Origin: Patescibacteria group bacterium
Lineage (GTDB): Bacteria > Patescibacteriota > Microgenomatia > UBA12405
Assembly: GCA_013387215.1 (NCBI GenBank)
Contig: WARW01000002.1
Location: forward strand, 3,659 to 67,658
DNA length: 64,000 bases
Direction: 5' to 3'
A program made the position numbers and the translations under genes. The notes under the pieces are model-generated. The model made no database searches. It was not told the DNA's origin and saw nothing but the letters and a program-made list of their open reading frames with translations. How positions within the stretch are numbered: the first letter of the stretch is position 1; each line of letters opens with the position of its first letter. Positions 42,327 to 51,832 of the stretch are shown piece by piece.

Positions 42327-43532
42327 ATGAAAATGAAGAACATCAGAAATTTAACCCTATCTTTGGCTATATTAGCAATTGTTTCCATCATTAGTTTTAA
42401 GATGGGCCAGAATAGTTCTTTGGTTGGAGCAGGCGAGAGCGGTCAATTGAATTTGAATTTAATGTGGCAAGTGAAAAACAAATTGTCCCAAATGTATTTA
42501 GACAAGAGCAAAATCGATGATAGAAAAATGGAATATGGAGCGATACAAGGCATGGTAGCATCGCTAGATGATCCGTACACGGTATTTTTGCCTCCTGATC
42601 AAAATAAGAGCTCTAATGAAGATTTAGCGGGTCAGTTTGGAGGGGTGGGAATTTCTTTAGGCTATAATAAAGATAATATTTTGGCGGTTATGGCACCGGT
42701 GGCTGGAAGCCCAGCTGAAAAAGCGGGAATTAAAGCAGGTGATTTGATTTTGAAAATAACTGATAAAGCAAATAATGTTGATAAAGATACTAATGGAATG
42801 GCACTTGATGAGGCGGTTAAATTAATCAGAGGTAAAGTTGGGACAGATGTTACTTTGAAAATATTCAGAGATGGCAGTAAGGATACAAAAGACATAACTC
42901 TAAAAAGAGATAATATCGTAGTTCCAAGTGTGACTTTGAATTGGAAAGAACAGAACGGTAAAAAAGTGGCTTGGGTCCAATTATCAAAGTTTACGGATGA
43001 ATTATACAAACAATGGCCAGAAACTATCGCTAAAATCAAAAAAGAAGGTGGCAATAATTATGGCGGCATAGTTTTGGATTTACGTAATAATCCAGGTGGA
43101 TTTTTACAGGCTAGTGTAATGGTGGGTTCAGATTTTGTTTCTGACGGTGTAATCGTTAAACAACAAAATTATGATGGTACAACTCAAACATATAACGTTG
43201 ATTCGGCTAGAAGACAACTTTTGAATGATCCATTGGTGGTTTTAGTAAACGGCGGGTCAGCTTCAGCTGCAGAAATTTTAGCAGGTGCATTGAAAGATCA
43301 TGGCCGAGCTAAACTTGTGGGAGTTAAAACTTTTGGAAAAGGAACTGTCCAACAACCAGAAGATTTTAGTGACGGCAGCGGACTTCATATTACAATCGCT
43401 AAATGGTTATTGCCAGACGGAAGCAATATCCATAAAGTCGGAATTAATCCTGATGTAGAGATTAAAGAGGATTCAAATTCTAAGGATGATGTCCAATTAA
43501 ATAAGGCAATCGATGTCTTACTTAATAAATAA
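42327..43532 (+). CDS. ctpA: carboxyl-terminal processing protease (S41, tail-specific protease family) with PDZ domain
   Basis: PDZ (GGVGISLGY...GSPAEKAGIKAGDLILKI). S41 motifs LDLRNNPGG and GGSASAAEILAGALKDHGRAKLVG.TFGKG (Ser/Lys dyad context). Confidence 0.8.
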   Translation: MKMKNIRNLTLSLAILAIVSIISFKMGQNSSLVGAGESGQLNLNLMWQVKNKLSQMYLDKSKIDDRKMEYGAIQGMVASLDDPYTVFLPPDQNKSSNEDLAGQFGGVGISLGYNKDNILAVMAPVAGSPAEKAGIKAGDLILKITDKANNVDKDTNGMALDEAVKLIRGKVGTDVTLKIFRDGSKDTKDITLKRDNIVVPSVTLNWKEQNGKKVAWVQLSKFTDELYKQWPETIAKIKKEGGNNYGGIVLDLRNNPGGFLQASVMVGSDFVSDGVIVKQQNYDGTTQTYNVDSARRQLLNDPLVVLVNGGSASAAEILAGALKDHGRAKLVGVKTFGKGTVQQPEDFSDGSGLHITIAKWLLPDGSNIHKVGINPDVEIKEDSNSKDDVQLNKAIDVLLNK

Positions 43533-43596
43533 TTCAGCTAATTTTCAGCTTGTTAAGTTTTAATAAAGCAATCAATTATTATTTATAATAATTAAT

Positions 43597-44787
43597 ATGG
43601 ATATAAAAACATTCAGAGGATTATTACTTGGTTTATTTATTGGTTTGATGGCTGCAGGAATGGTGGTAACCGGGGCAATAATTGATAAAACTGTTGGGTT
43701 TCCATTTTTAAATAAAATAATTGGTGATAAAAACAATTCAACCGTCAGCACGACTTTAAAACAAGAAACTTTAGATCAAGAATCAGTGGTAACAAGAGTG
43801 GTGGAACAGGCAACCCCAAGTGTAGTGACAGTATCGATTAGCAAGGTGAGCATGCCAACCAATGTTGATCCGTTTGGTTTAGATTTCTTAAATCAATTTT
43901 TTAATATTCCTAAAAATGATCAAAATGCTGAACCTCAAAAAATAGAGCAAGATATCGGCAGCGGTTTTATTATCAGTAATGATGGATTGATTGTGACAAA
44001 TAAACACGTGGTGGCTGATACAAGCGCAAAATATAAAGTGGTAATTGGCAAAGATCAGGTGGTGGATGTGGATCAAATTTATCGAGACCCAGTGAATGAT
44101 TTAGCCATATTAAAGGTAAATAAAACTGGCTTAAGTTCGGTGAATTTAGGTGATTCAGATAAGTTAAAAGTTGGTCAAACTGTGATTGCAATCGGAACTG
44201 CTTTGGGAGAATTCAGATCAACTGTAACGAGTGGAGTTATCTCTGGTTTAGGAAGAGGAATTACTGCTGGTTCTTCGATGGGAGGTTCAGAAAGACTTGA
44301 TAATGTGATCCAGACTGATGCAGCAATTAATCCAGGAAATTCTGGAGGTCCATTATTTGATTCCAGCGGCAAGGTGATCGGAGTAAATGTGGCAGTGTCT
44401 CAGGGAGGACAGGGAATTGGTTTTGCCCTGCCAATTAATTTAGTTAAACAATCAATTGATAATTTCAAAACTACCGGTGAATTTGACAGACCATATTTGG
44501 GGGTGGCTTATAAAATGATTTCTAAACAAGCCGCTCTTTTAAATGAAGTTCCAGCTGGTGCTTATGTACAAGAGGTGGCTGCTGGAAGTCCGGCTGAAAA
44601 AGCTGGAATTAAAACAGGCGATATTGTGACTGAAATTGATGGTAAAAAATTAAGCGATCAAGGTGCTGATACTTCTTTGGCCACAATCGTGAATACCAAA
44701 AAAATAGGGGATACGATCAGTTTGAAAATTTACCGAGACAATAAAGACCAAACAGTTCAAGTGAAATTAGAGAAGAGACAAAATTAA
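43597..44787 (+). CDS. htrA: HtrA/DegP-family serine protease (S1C) with one PDZ domain
   Basis: His context GSGFIISNDGLIVTNKHVV, Asp context DLAILKV, Ser context NPGNSGGPLFD, a C-terminal PDZ (GSPAEKAGIKTGDIVTEIDGKK) and an N-terminal TM anchor. Confidence 0.8.
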   Translation: MDIKTFRGLLLGLFIGLMAAGMVVTGAIIDKTVGFPFLNKIIGDKNNSTVSTTLKQETLDQESVVTRVVEQATPSVVTVSISKVSMPTNVDPFGLDFLNQFFNIPKNDQNAEPQKIEQDIGSGFIISNDGLIVTNKHVVADTSAKYKVVIGKDQVVDVDQIYRDPVNDLAILKVNKTGLSSVNLGDSDKLKVGQTVIAIGTALGEFRSTVTSGVISGLGRGITAGSSMGGSERLDNVIQTDAAINPGNSGGPLFDSSGKVIGVNVAVSQGGQGIGFALPINLVKQSIDNFKTTGEFDRPYLGVAYKMISKQAALLNEVPAGAYVQEVAAGSPAEKAGIKTGDIVTEIDGKKLSDQGADTSLATIVNTKKIGDTISLKIYRDNKDQTVQVKLEKRQN

Positions 44788-45296
44788 ACTGTTTCGATAT
44801 CTTTTATTTTTAATTCTTTGACATGAATATCAGCACGTTGGTGATCTTTCGCTAGCCAACCTAAGCTTAATAGTTCTATAGAACCGTCTTCTGGTTCATA
44901 ATCACTAAAGAAAACTTCTTCTTCTAATTCAGAAAAATCGCCAAATAATAATTTTTTGACTAGTTGATGATCGTTTTTGTTAACTAATTTATACTTTTTA
45001 TTTTGATAAACAATTGTTTTTTTCTCTCCAATATCCTGATCTTTAATATCTTTTATATGTCCGATTATGTGGTCACTATACATTAATGTTTTTTCTTTTA
45101 ATAAAACTAAAAGAAAAGATTTATCATCAAACAATATTTTTAGATATTCATCATTTCCCAGGTTTTTAGTGTGATATCGAGCCATACTCAATATTCGTTT
45201 GCTTTTACCATAAATTTTAAAAAATATTTTTTGATTTTTTATATCATCTAAAAAATTTTTAAAATTAAGGATGGCTGGCATAACTAATTTTATCAA
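44784..45296 (-). CDS. hypothetical protein (170 aa)
   Basis: ORF only. Confidence 0.35.
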   Translation of the reverse strand: MIKLVMPAILNFKNFLDDIKNQKIFFKIYGKSKRILSMARYHTKNLGNDEYLKILFDDKSFLLVLLKEKTLMYSDHIIGHIKDIKDQDIGEKKTIVYQNKKYKLVNKNDHQLVKKLLFGDFSELEEEVFFSDYEPEDGSIELLSLGWLAKDHQRADIHVKELKIKDIETV

Positions 45297-45305
45297 AAGA
45301 AAGGA

Positions 45306-46046
45306 TTATTTATTTAAACTTTCCTGCTTTTCTTTGTCTTTTTCGTCTAACACTGTTAATTCAAGGAATAGGTCATCAAGTTCTCCCTGCATCATTTTAT
45401 CGAGGTTGTTGAAAGATTTGTCGATGCGATGATCTTTGACTTGGTTTCGAGGGTAATTGTAGGTTCTGATTTTGTCTGCACGAGTTGATTGGCTGATATT
45501 AGACCGACCAGCAGAGATTTCACTCATTCTTTTTTCTTCTTCAATTTGCCAAAGCTTGTTTTTTAGTAAATTGATAGCAATTTCCCGGTTTTGCTGTTGA
45601 GAACGTTCAGTGCGGACATCAAACATTAATCCAGTTGGTTTATGAACTAAATGAACAGCTGTAGAAACTTTATTGACGTTTTGGCCACCATTACCGCCAG
45701 CCCGACTAGCAGTGATGACGACATCTTCCATTCTGAAATTAACTTCTTTGGAGTCAATTTGAGGGAGAATGGCAATGGACGCAGTTGATGTTTGAATACG
45801 ACCGCGTTTTTCGGTTATTGGAATTCTTTGGACACGATGAGTGCCAGCTTCATATTTAAGCTGGTTATAAGCATCATAACCGGAGATCTGGATAACTTCA
45901 TCGTCAATTTGACTGACTTTCCAGCCAACTTTGTTGGCATAACGAACATACATGTTTTGAAGATCCTGAGCCCATATTGTAGCTTCCTGGCCGCCTGGAC
46001 CTGGATGGAATTCCATAATAGCGATATTAGGATTTAGAGTAGGCAT
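45306..46046 (-). CDS. class I peptide chain release factor, RF1-like, lacking N-terminal domain 1
   Basis: 246 aa. Begins at the RF domain-2 boundary ([13 protein letters not shown] vs RF1 LEVRAGTGGDEAA). RF1-type codon-recognition tripeptide region [17 protein letters not shown] (RF1 has P-A/V-T; RF2 has SPF). Catalytic GGQ ([20 protein letters not shown]). Only 76 nt of non-coding sequence separate the start from rpmE, so there is no room for domain 1. Confidence 0.65.
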   Translation of the reverse strand: MPTLNPNIAIMEFHPGPGGQEATIWAQDLQNMYVRYANKVGWKVSQIDDEVIQISGYDAYNQLKYEAGTHRVQRIPITEKRGRIQTSTASIAILPQIDSKEVNFRMEDVVITASRAGGNGGQNVNKVSTAVHLVHKPTGLMFDVRTERSQQQNREIAINLLKNKLWQIEEEKRMSEISAGRSNISQSTRADKIRTYNYPRNQVKDHRIDKSFNNLDKMMQGELDDLFLELTVLDEKDKEKQESLNK

Positions 46047-46122
46047 AATTTTATTTTATATATTTTTTAAACAAAAAACCGCCAAACATAATAATAATTA
46101 CTGTATAGCGGTTTTAGAATTG

Positions 46123-46371
46123 CTACTTTGAAGCTTTTACTTTAGCAGTTTTCTTAGCTGCATTGGCTTTACCAGCGGCCATTTTTTCATTGAATTTGTC
46201 GATTCTACCTTTAATGTCAACGAATTTTTGTTGACCAGTAAAGAATGGATGACACTTTGAACAAACGTCGACGTCAATTTTTTCTACAGTAGATCCAGTA
46301 GTAAAACTGTTGCCGCAGGCACAGGTAACTTTGCATTGATCAAAATATTGAGGATGAATTCCTTGTTTCAT
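46123..46371 (-). CDS. rpmE: 50S ribosomal protein L31 with a Lys-rich C-terminal tail
   Basis: MKQGIHPQY...CACGNSF...[10 protein letters not shown] matches the L31 signature including the Zn-binding Cys pairs. Confidence 0.85.
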   Translation of the reverse strand: MKQGIHPQYFDQCKVTCACGNSFTTGSTVEKIDVDVCSKCHPFFTGQQKFVDIKGRIDKFNEKMAAGKANAAKKTAKVKASK

Positions 46372-46411
46372 AGGTAATTATTATATCAGATATAATGTAT
46401 TTTTAAAGTAT

Positions 46412-48139
46412 TTATAGTTCGAAATAGGATTTTTTAATACTAGTATTAGGATCAAGGCCCATTTCTTGAAAAATCGAGTCTAAATCTTTGTCTTTGGTTG
46501 ATCTTATTTCTACAAAATTGCCTAAAAATCGGGTTTCATTATTAACTTTGGTTGATACATTATCGATTGAAAAAACTGTACCTTTATAAGTATAAATGGC
46601 GCGACTTTTTTGGATCATTTTAGTTTCCCGGCCGTAAAAATTAATGAATGCATCTTTAGCACCCTCATCAATTTCAAATTCCAGTTTTGGTCTTTCCCGG
46701 AAAGTTGAGGTTTCATTTTTGGGACCTTTGTAAGTGAGAATATAAAATCCATTTTCTTGTCTGATTCTTAATATTTCATCAGTATCTTTGAGGTCTTTTC
46801 CAAATGGTGTGTAATAGGAGTCGGTTTGATTAATATGGCAAAGAAGTTCGGCTTTTCTTAGAACAGCGGGGGATAAGGTCTGCAGAAACTTTACCTGGTT
46901 TTCGTTAACATTGGATCTTTGGGCTTCAACGGATGGATTGTATTCGTTTTCAACAATAATATCGGCGTTGATAATATTTTTCTGAATGTGCTTTTCGTGC
47001 ATCGGTTCAACTACTTGGGCAAAGTATTTGACAATATCTGATGGTTTTTGGGAAGTTCTATCAATGTCTCTTAATAATCTTCTAATGATTCGGCCATGAG
47101 TTCCGATATCGACAAATATTTTGTAGTCAGATTGATCTTTTAAATTATTATTTAAGGCAAATAAACCTTCAATAATAATTAGGTTTTTAGGATCGATTGG
47201 CTCATAACCAGTTCTTTCACCTGTTTTGAAACTATAAATTGGTTTTTGAATAGTTTTGCCTTGTTTAAGTAGAGATAGGTGATCTTTGAGTAATTCGAGG
47301 TCAACTGCTTCTGGTTGGTCCCAATTAATAAGGTTGCCTTTTTTGGCTTCTTTTCCGATATAGGCGGCTCCACGATAGTAATCATCCATAGAAATTAATA
47401 AAGCGTTTTCACTAAATTTTTTGCTGATTTTGTGGGCAACTTGGCTGGTTTTTCCAGAGGCTGAACCGCCAGCGATAGCAATAATTGAGGTCTTATTAGG
47501 ATTTGAATCTAAGATTTCTTGAATTTCTTCAATTGACTTTTCAACACCTTCATCGAGAGTAAAACGTGGAGCTTCTCGAAAGTGTTCGGGAGAGGGAAGG
47601 CCATATAGCACCAAGGCTTGATTTTTGAATCTTTTATCAAGGGTAACTTCACGTCCAAACCAAGATGGAGCAATAAAGTTTTTCTTAAGTTCCGGAGTTT
47701 TAAATTCAACTTCAGTCATGACTAACCCTTCATGTTTTCCGTGGAAGATATCAAGTTCAATTAGATAGTTACCATCGGGAATTAAATATCGAGTTTTTTC
47801 GATAATTCCAGGAATAGTTCTTTGCTGCCACAATTCCTCAAATTCTTTTTCAGAAATTGGTTTTTCTTGTTCCAAACGATCTTCGCCGCTGCCTGCTTTT
47901 TTAGTGTAAAAATATTCAACAGAACCGTCGAGATGAACTTGTTTTCTGAGTCTTTCTTCTGATTTTCCGGGATCAATGGTTAAGTATCCTTGAGTGATTT
48001 GAAGAGTGTCACACTTAGATAAGTCATGGGGAACATCATTAAGGTCGATCAGATACTTCTTTTCGTCCTCATGGTGTACTTTCTCTTTGTTAATAATAAA
48101 CTCCTGAGACCCAGGTTGTAATGATTCTGCTTTATTCAT
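46412..48139 (-). CDS. tri-domain protein: CYTH (triphosphate tunnel metalloenzyme) - uridine/cytidine-kinase-like P-loop kinase - CYTH
   Basis: 575 aa. N-terminal CYTH (EKKYLI...TEVEFKT ExExK-type). Central PRK/Udk-like P-loop IIAIAGGSASGKTS plus DDYY and IIEG motifs. C-terminal second CYTH-like domain (KLEFEIDEG...RFLGNFVEIRS). Confidence 0.6.
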   Translation of the reverse strand: MNKAESLQPGSQEFIINKEKVHHEDEKKYLIDLNDVPHDLSKCDTLQITQGYLTIDPGKSEERLRKQVHLDGSVEYFYTKKAGSGEDRLEQEKPISEKEFEELWQQRTIPGIIEKTRYLIPDGNYLIELDIFHGKHEGLVMTEVEFKTPELKKNFIAPSWFGREVTLDKRFKNQALVLYGLPSPEHFREAPRFTLDEGVEKSIEEIQEILDSNPNKTSIIAIAGGSASGKTSQVAHKISKKFSENALLISMDDYYRGAAYIGKEAKKGNLINWDQPEAVDLELLKDHLSLLKQGKTIQKPIYSFKTGERTGYEPIDPKNLIIIEGLFALNNNLKDQSDYKIFVDIGTHGRIIRRLLRDIDRTSQKPSDIVKYFAQVVEPMHEKHIQKNIINADIIVENEYNPSVEAQRSNVNENQVKFLQTLSPAVLRKAELLCHINQTDSYYTPFGKDLKDTDEILRIRQENGFYILTYKGPKNETSTFRERPKLEFEIDEGAKDAFINFYGRETKMIQKSRAIYTYKGTVFSIDNVSTKVNNETRFLGNFVEIRSTKDKDLDSIFQEMGLDPNTSIKKSYFEL

Positions 48140-48170
48140 ACAAACGATTGGAATTTATAATCTGAGGCAA

Positions 48171-49439
48171 TTATATCTTTTTTATAGTTTGTACAAGTGT
48201 GTCAAAATCAATTAAGTTTTGTTCTGTGGTTGCTAAATTTTTCAACATTATTTTGTTGGCTTTAGCTTCATCTGTACCGATGATGGCAATAAATGGTATT
48301 CCCAAATTATCAGCATACTTTATTTGTTTACCTAATTTTTCTGCAGTCGGATAAATAACTGAAGGAATATTTTGATTGCGTAAATCGGTAACTAATTTTA
48401 AACTTTCTGCTTCGGTGTCAGTACCAAAGTTGGCGACTAAAACTTTGGTTTTTGTTTTGGCAAGATCAGGGAGAAGATTTAGCTCTTGGATAACATCAAC
48501 GAGACGATCAAAACCAAAAGCAGTACCAACGGCTGGAATATCTGGACCGCCTAAAACAGAAACTAAATTATCATAACGACCGCCGCCGGTGACGGAACCA
48601 ATTTTTGGTTCTTCGACGTAAGTTTCGAAAATTGTGCCAGTGTAATAATCAAGACCTCGGACCATGGTTGGATCAAAAACATAAACATTTTCCGGGACGC
48701 CAAACTCCTTAATTTTTTCAAAAACACTTTTTAAGTAGTCATCTGGTTGTGCTAGTTTGATACATTCGAAAATCTTATCAATTTGGGCGGCAGGGAGGTC
48801 TTTTGAAATGAGCTCATTTCTTACTCCATCTTCGCCAATCTTTTGGAACTTATCGAGAGATTGAAGTACAGAATTTCGGTTATTTTGGACACCTGACTGG
48901 TCTAAAATTTGATATAAAACAGAACGGCTGTTAATGCGAATAGAGTATTTTTTGAAGTTTAATCTATCTAGTACGTTATAGATAACAGCAACAATTTCAG
49001 CATCATTAATGGGGGAAAGCGGTCCAAAAATATCTATATCACACTGTAACACTTCGCGGTAGCGACCTTTTTGAGGTTTTTCAGCACGATAAACCGGTTG
49101 GATCTGATATCGCTTAAATGGAAGTTGAATTTCGTTTTGATAAATTGCTAAAACTTTGGAAGCAGGGACAGTTAAGTCGTAACGAAGACCAACCTTTCGG
49201 TCACCGTTATCTTCAAAAGCATAAACAAGTTTGTCGGCCTCTTCACCATACTTTCCCATAAGGGTAGAGGCATATTCTAAGCTCGGAGTTTCCAGTGGTA
49301 AAAAGCCGAAGTTTTCAAAAACATTAATTAAAATATTTTTGACATAATTTCGAACTAACATTGTCTCGGGTAAAAAATCCCGAAAGCCTTTTAAAGTTTG
49401 AGGTTTAATTTTTGATTGATTCATAGATGAGTTTAACAT
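48171..49439 (-). CDS. hisS: histidyl-tRNA synthetase
   Basis: Class II motifs and HisRS-specific regions (GLRYDLTVPASKVLAIY, GGGRYDNLV, GFDRL). tRNA-His is encoded ~1 kb away. Confidence 0.9.
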   Translation of the reverse strand: MLNSSMNQSKIKPQTLKGFRDFLPETMLVRNYVKNILINVFENFGFLPLETPSLEYASTLMGKYGEEADKLVYAFEDNGDRKVGLRYDLTVPASKVLAIYQNEIQLPFKRYQIQPVYRAEKPQKGRYREVLQCDIDIFGPLSPINDAEIVAVIYNVLDRLNFKKYSIRINSRSVLYQILDQSGVQNNRNSVLQSLDKFQKIGEDGVRNELISKDLPAAQIDKIFECIKLAQPDDYLKSVFEKIKEFGVPENVYVFDPTMVRGLDYYTGTIFETYVEEPKIGSVTGGGRYDNLVSVLGGPDIPAVGTAFGFDRLVDVIQELNLLPDLAKTKTKVLVANFGTDTEAESLKLVTDLRNQNIPSVIYPTAEKLGKQIKYADNLGIPFIAIIGTDEAKANKIMLKNLATTEQNLIDFDTLVQTIKKI

Positions 49440-49660
49440 TTAATAATTTATAAAGGACTTATCCGACTCGCTTGCGCTCGCTGGATTGTGTTTTTTTTAG
49501 CTAAAAACACAAAAAAACCCGCCAGTTGGCGGGTAACAGACACGTTAAAACCACCAACTTAAAAGTTAGTGTGATGATGGTTTTGAAATAAACGCGTGAT
49601 TAACATTAGTTGTATTTTACTGGTAATTTAGGGAAAGTCAAATTAATTAGAATAATGTAT
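49440..49660 (-). promoter_or_regulatory. hisS 5' leader with promoter-like TTGACT-N16-TAAAAT, His-codon-containing segment, and a terminator/antiterminator arrangement (T-box-like)
   Basis: On the minus strand: hairpin cccgccaactggcggg + T7 (RC of 49512-49534), about 90 nt upstream of the hisS ATG. An upstream gttggtgg can alternatively pair with ccgccaac. GGUGG is T-box-like. CAUCAUCAC lies upstream. Confidence 0.3.
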
Positions 49661-49689
49661 AAATATTTTGTAAACTAAAGAAGAAAAAT

Positions 49690-50412
49690 ATGACTAATAT
49701 AAAACTAATATCGAATAGCTGCGAACTAGAAATTGATTTGAACGGAGGAAGAATAGTTAAATTAATAAAAGACGGCAAAGAGGTTTTGGGAACATTCAAT
49801 AGAATAGACGGAAAACAGGGGAATACGCACTTATGTGTGCCAAATTTTGCTAATGAAGGAGTGGAAAAGTATGGTTTACCATTTCATGGGCCGAGTAGAA
49901 ATAATGAATGGAAAATTTTAGAACAAACAGAAGATAGCGTGACGATTTTTTACGAATTGAAAAATATCGGCAATTATCCAGGTTATATTGGTTTGACTCA
50001 GAAGTTTGAGATAAACGAGAACTTTAGCCAAAAAATAACATTAATTAATTTAGGAGAAACAAGAACGCCAATTAATTTGGGAATTCATAATTATTTTAAA
50101 AGCGATAAAGGGTGGCAGGGAATAAAAATTAATGGGGTTGAGGTTAGTAAGACTGTTGAAATTAGCGATTATGTTGAATTAAAAGATATAAATAATATTG
50201 AAATTCCTGGTAAAGAAAATATAATTTGGAAAACAATCGGATTTAGATTTGCCAAACTTTGGACAGGATTTAGGGAAGAGGACGGCAAAAAGATATTCGA
50301 TAATAACTATGTGTGCATTGAGCCAGTTAGAGGGAAGGAAGGATTCTTGGAAACACCTGAAAGCGAGATCGAGAGAGGAAGTGTATTAATTTTTGAACAG
50401 CAATTATCTTAA
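49690..50412 (+). CDS. aldose 1-epimerase family protein (hexose-6-phosphate mutarotase-like)
   Basis: 240 aa. LPFHGPSRN resembles the HGFAR-type motif of YeaD-like epimerases. Weak call. Confidence 0.4.
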   Translation: MTNIKLISNSCELEIDLNGGRIVKLIKDGKEVLGTFNRIDGKQGNTHLCVPNFANEGVEKYGLPFHGPSRNNEWKILEQTEDSVTIFYELKNIGNYPGYIGLTQKFEINENFSQKITLINLGETRTPINLGIHNYFKSDKGWQGIKINGVEVSKTVEISDYVELKDINNIEIPGKENIIWKTIGFRFAKLWTGFREEDGKKIFDNNYVCIEPVRGKEGFLETPESEIERGSVLIFEQQLS

Positions 50413-50418
50413 GAATAA

Positions 50419-50496
50419 TGGGGTGGTATACCGGACTTGAACCGGCAACCTCAGCTTTCACAGAGCTGCGCTCTAACCAATTGAGCTAATACCACC
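50419..50496 (-). tRNA. tRNA-His (anticodon GTG) with encoded G-1
   Basis: RC: G-1 + GTGGTAT acceptor, D-arm AGCTCAATTGGTTAGAGC, anticodon stem CAGCT/AGCTG with loop CTGTGAA, T-loop TTCAAGT, discriminator C and CCA. Confidence 0.85.
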
Positions 50497-50565
50497 ATGT
50501 TAAGGTCTTTGGGTATTATAAGGTAAAGAGCGGTTTTTATAAAGATTCAGAATAAACCTGAGAAT

Positions 50566-51324
50566 TTATTTCTTTTTTGCAGCAGAAGTAGAAGAGTTTG
50601 CTGGAGTTGGAGAAGAAGCTGGGCTAACAAGTGAAATGATTTTTGAAGCGTAAAAAGTTTTAGATAATTCAGCATCAGGTTTAATTATGACAATTATTTT
50701 TTGGCCAGAACTAAGATTTTTAATGTCTAAAGTTTTGTTATTTTTATCGATGTAAACGCTTTTTGAATCAGTTTTAACCTGATATTGGGTGTTTTTATTG
50801 TTATTAGGAATCAAAACAAAAACTGGTGAAGATTTAGAAATATCAACTATTTTTCCAACAACAACTTGATTAAGATTTTCGAGAGATTTAATGTCGACCA
50901 CAATAATTCTTTTAGCACCCATAACATTACTAGCGTCATAATAGCCTAAAACTAAAATATCTTGTCCAACGGTTATTTTTTCGAGTTTAGTTTTATTTTT
51001 CTTATTATCGATAAAAACAGTGTCATCAGCGACATTGATAACTTTATTATTGCCGTTGGAGTTGATGGTTATTTGCTTGCCATTAATTTTAGAGATAGTT
51101 CCCATTAGAGATTTAGGGGAATTGGTGTCAGGAGCAATTGGGTTGCTAATTTGCTTTAGTTTTTCTTTAACTTTTTCCTGGACTACTTGGCGGATTTTTT
51201 GAATTTCATCAAGACTTGGATTTGATGTTGAACCTGAGGAGGTAGCAACAGGAGTGGTTGTTTGGGCGAAAGCAATGCTTGTAGATAAAAAGAAAAGCGA
51301 CAATACCAAGAGAATTTTTTTCAT
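50566..51324 (-). CDS. secreted protein with signal peptide (252 aa), Ig-like/beta-rich
   Basis: Start moved to MKKILLVLSLFFLSTSIAFAQ (ATG at 51324). Lys-rich C-terminal tail. Confidence 0.45.
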   Translation of the reverse strand: MKKILLVLSLFFLSTSIAFAQTTTPVATSSGSTSNPSLDEIQKIRQVVQEKVKEKLKQISNPIAPDTNSPKSLMGTISKINGKQITINSNGNNKVINVADDTVFIDNKKNKTKLEKITVGQDILVLGYYDASNVMGAKRIIVVDIKSLENLNQVVVGKIVDISKSSPVFVLIPNNNKNTQYQVKTDSKSVYIDKNNKTLDIKNLSSGQKIIVIIKPDAELSKTFYASKIISLVSPASSPTPANSSTSAAKKK

Positions 51325-51328
51325 GTAT

Positions 51329-51796
51329 TTAGATTTTAGCGGTGGAATAAGTAATAGAAAGTTGTGATTCTGTCTGGTTGTCGCTGCTATCGATTGAAGT
51401 GATGTGAATTTGATTAATGCCGCTGTCCAGTTCAATGCTGGCAGTGAAGTCTCCGGAAGCATTAGAAATAGTATTGTAGGTTTTAGATAAGGTGGTAATA
51501 ACGATAACACTATTTGCTGGTGCCGATCCGGTAAGAGTTATTTTGGAGTTAGAAACAATAGCATTATCTTTAGGAGTGCTGACCGTTAAATTTGAGTCAG
51601 CAAAATTACCTACAGCAACAGTTGGGGTTGGTTGTTGATTGTTTTGAGTGTTATCAGTGCTAGAAACAACTGAAGTTGGAGTAGTGTTAATATTGGCAGA
51701 TGTACCTTTTGTTTTTTGAAAAGCGAAGAAACCGCCGGTAATACCGAAGCCTAGGAGAGCACCTAAAATTATTGCGAGAAACAATTCCTTGATCAT
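51329..51796 (-). CDS. membrane-anchored extracytoplasmic protein (155 aa), Ig-like
   Basis: N-terminal TM (LFLAIILGALLGFGITGGFFAF), then a T/S/N-rich beta domain. Confidence 0.4.
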   Translation of the reverse strand: MIKELFLAIILGALLGFGITGGFFAFQKTKGTSANINTTPTSVVSSTDNTQNNQQPTPTVAVGNFADSNLTVSTPKDNAIVSNSKITLTGSAPANSVIVITTLSKTYNTISNASGDFTASIELDSGINQIHITSIDSSDNQTESQLSITYSTAKI

Positions 51797-51832
51797 TGAT
51801 TTAATCTAAATGATACCACAAAATATTGAATT

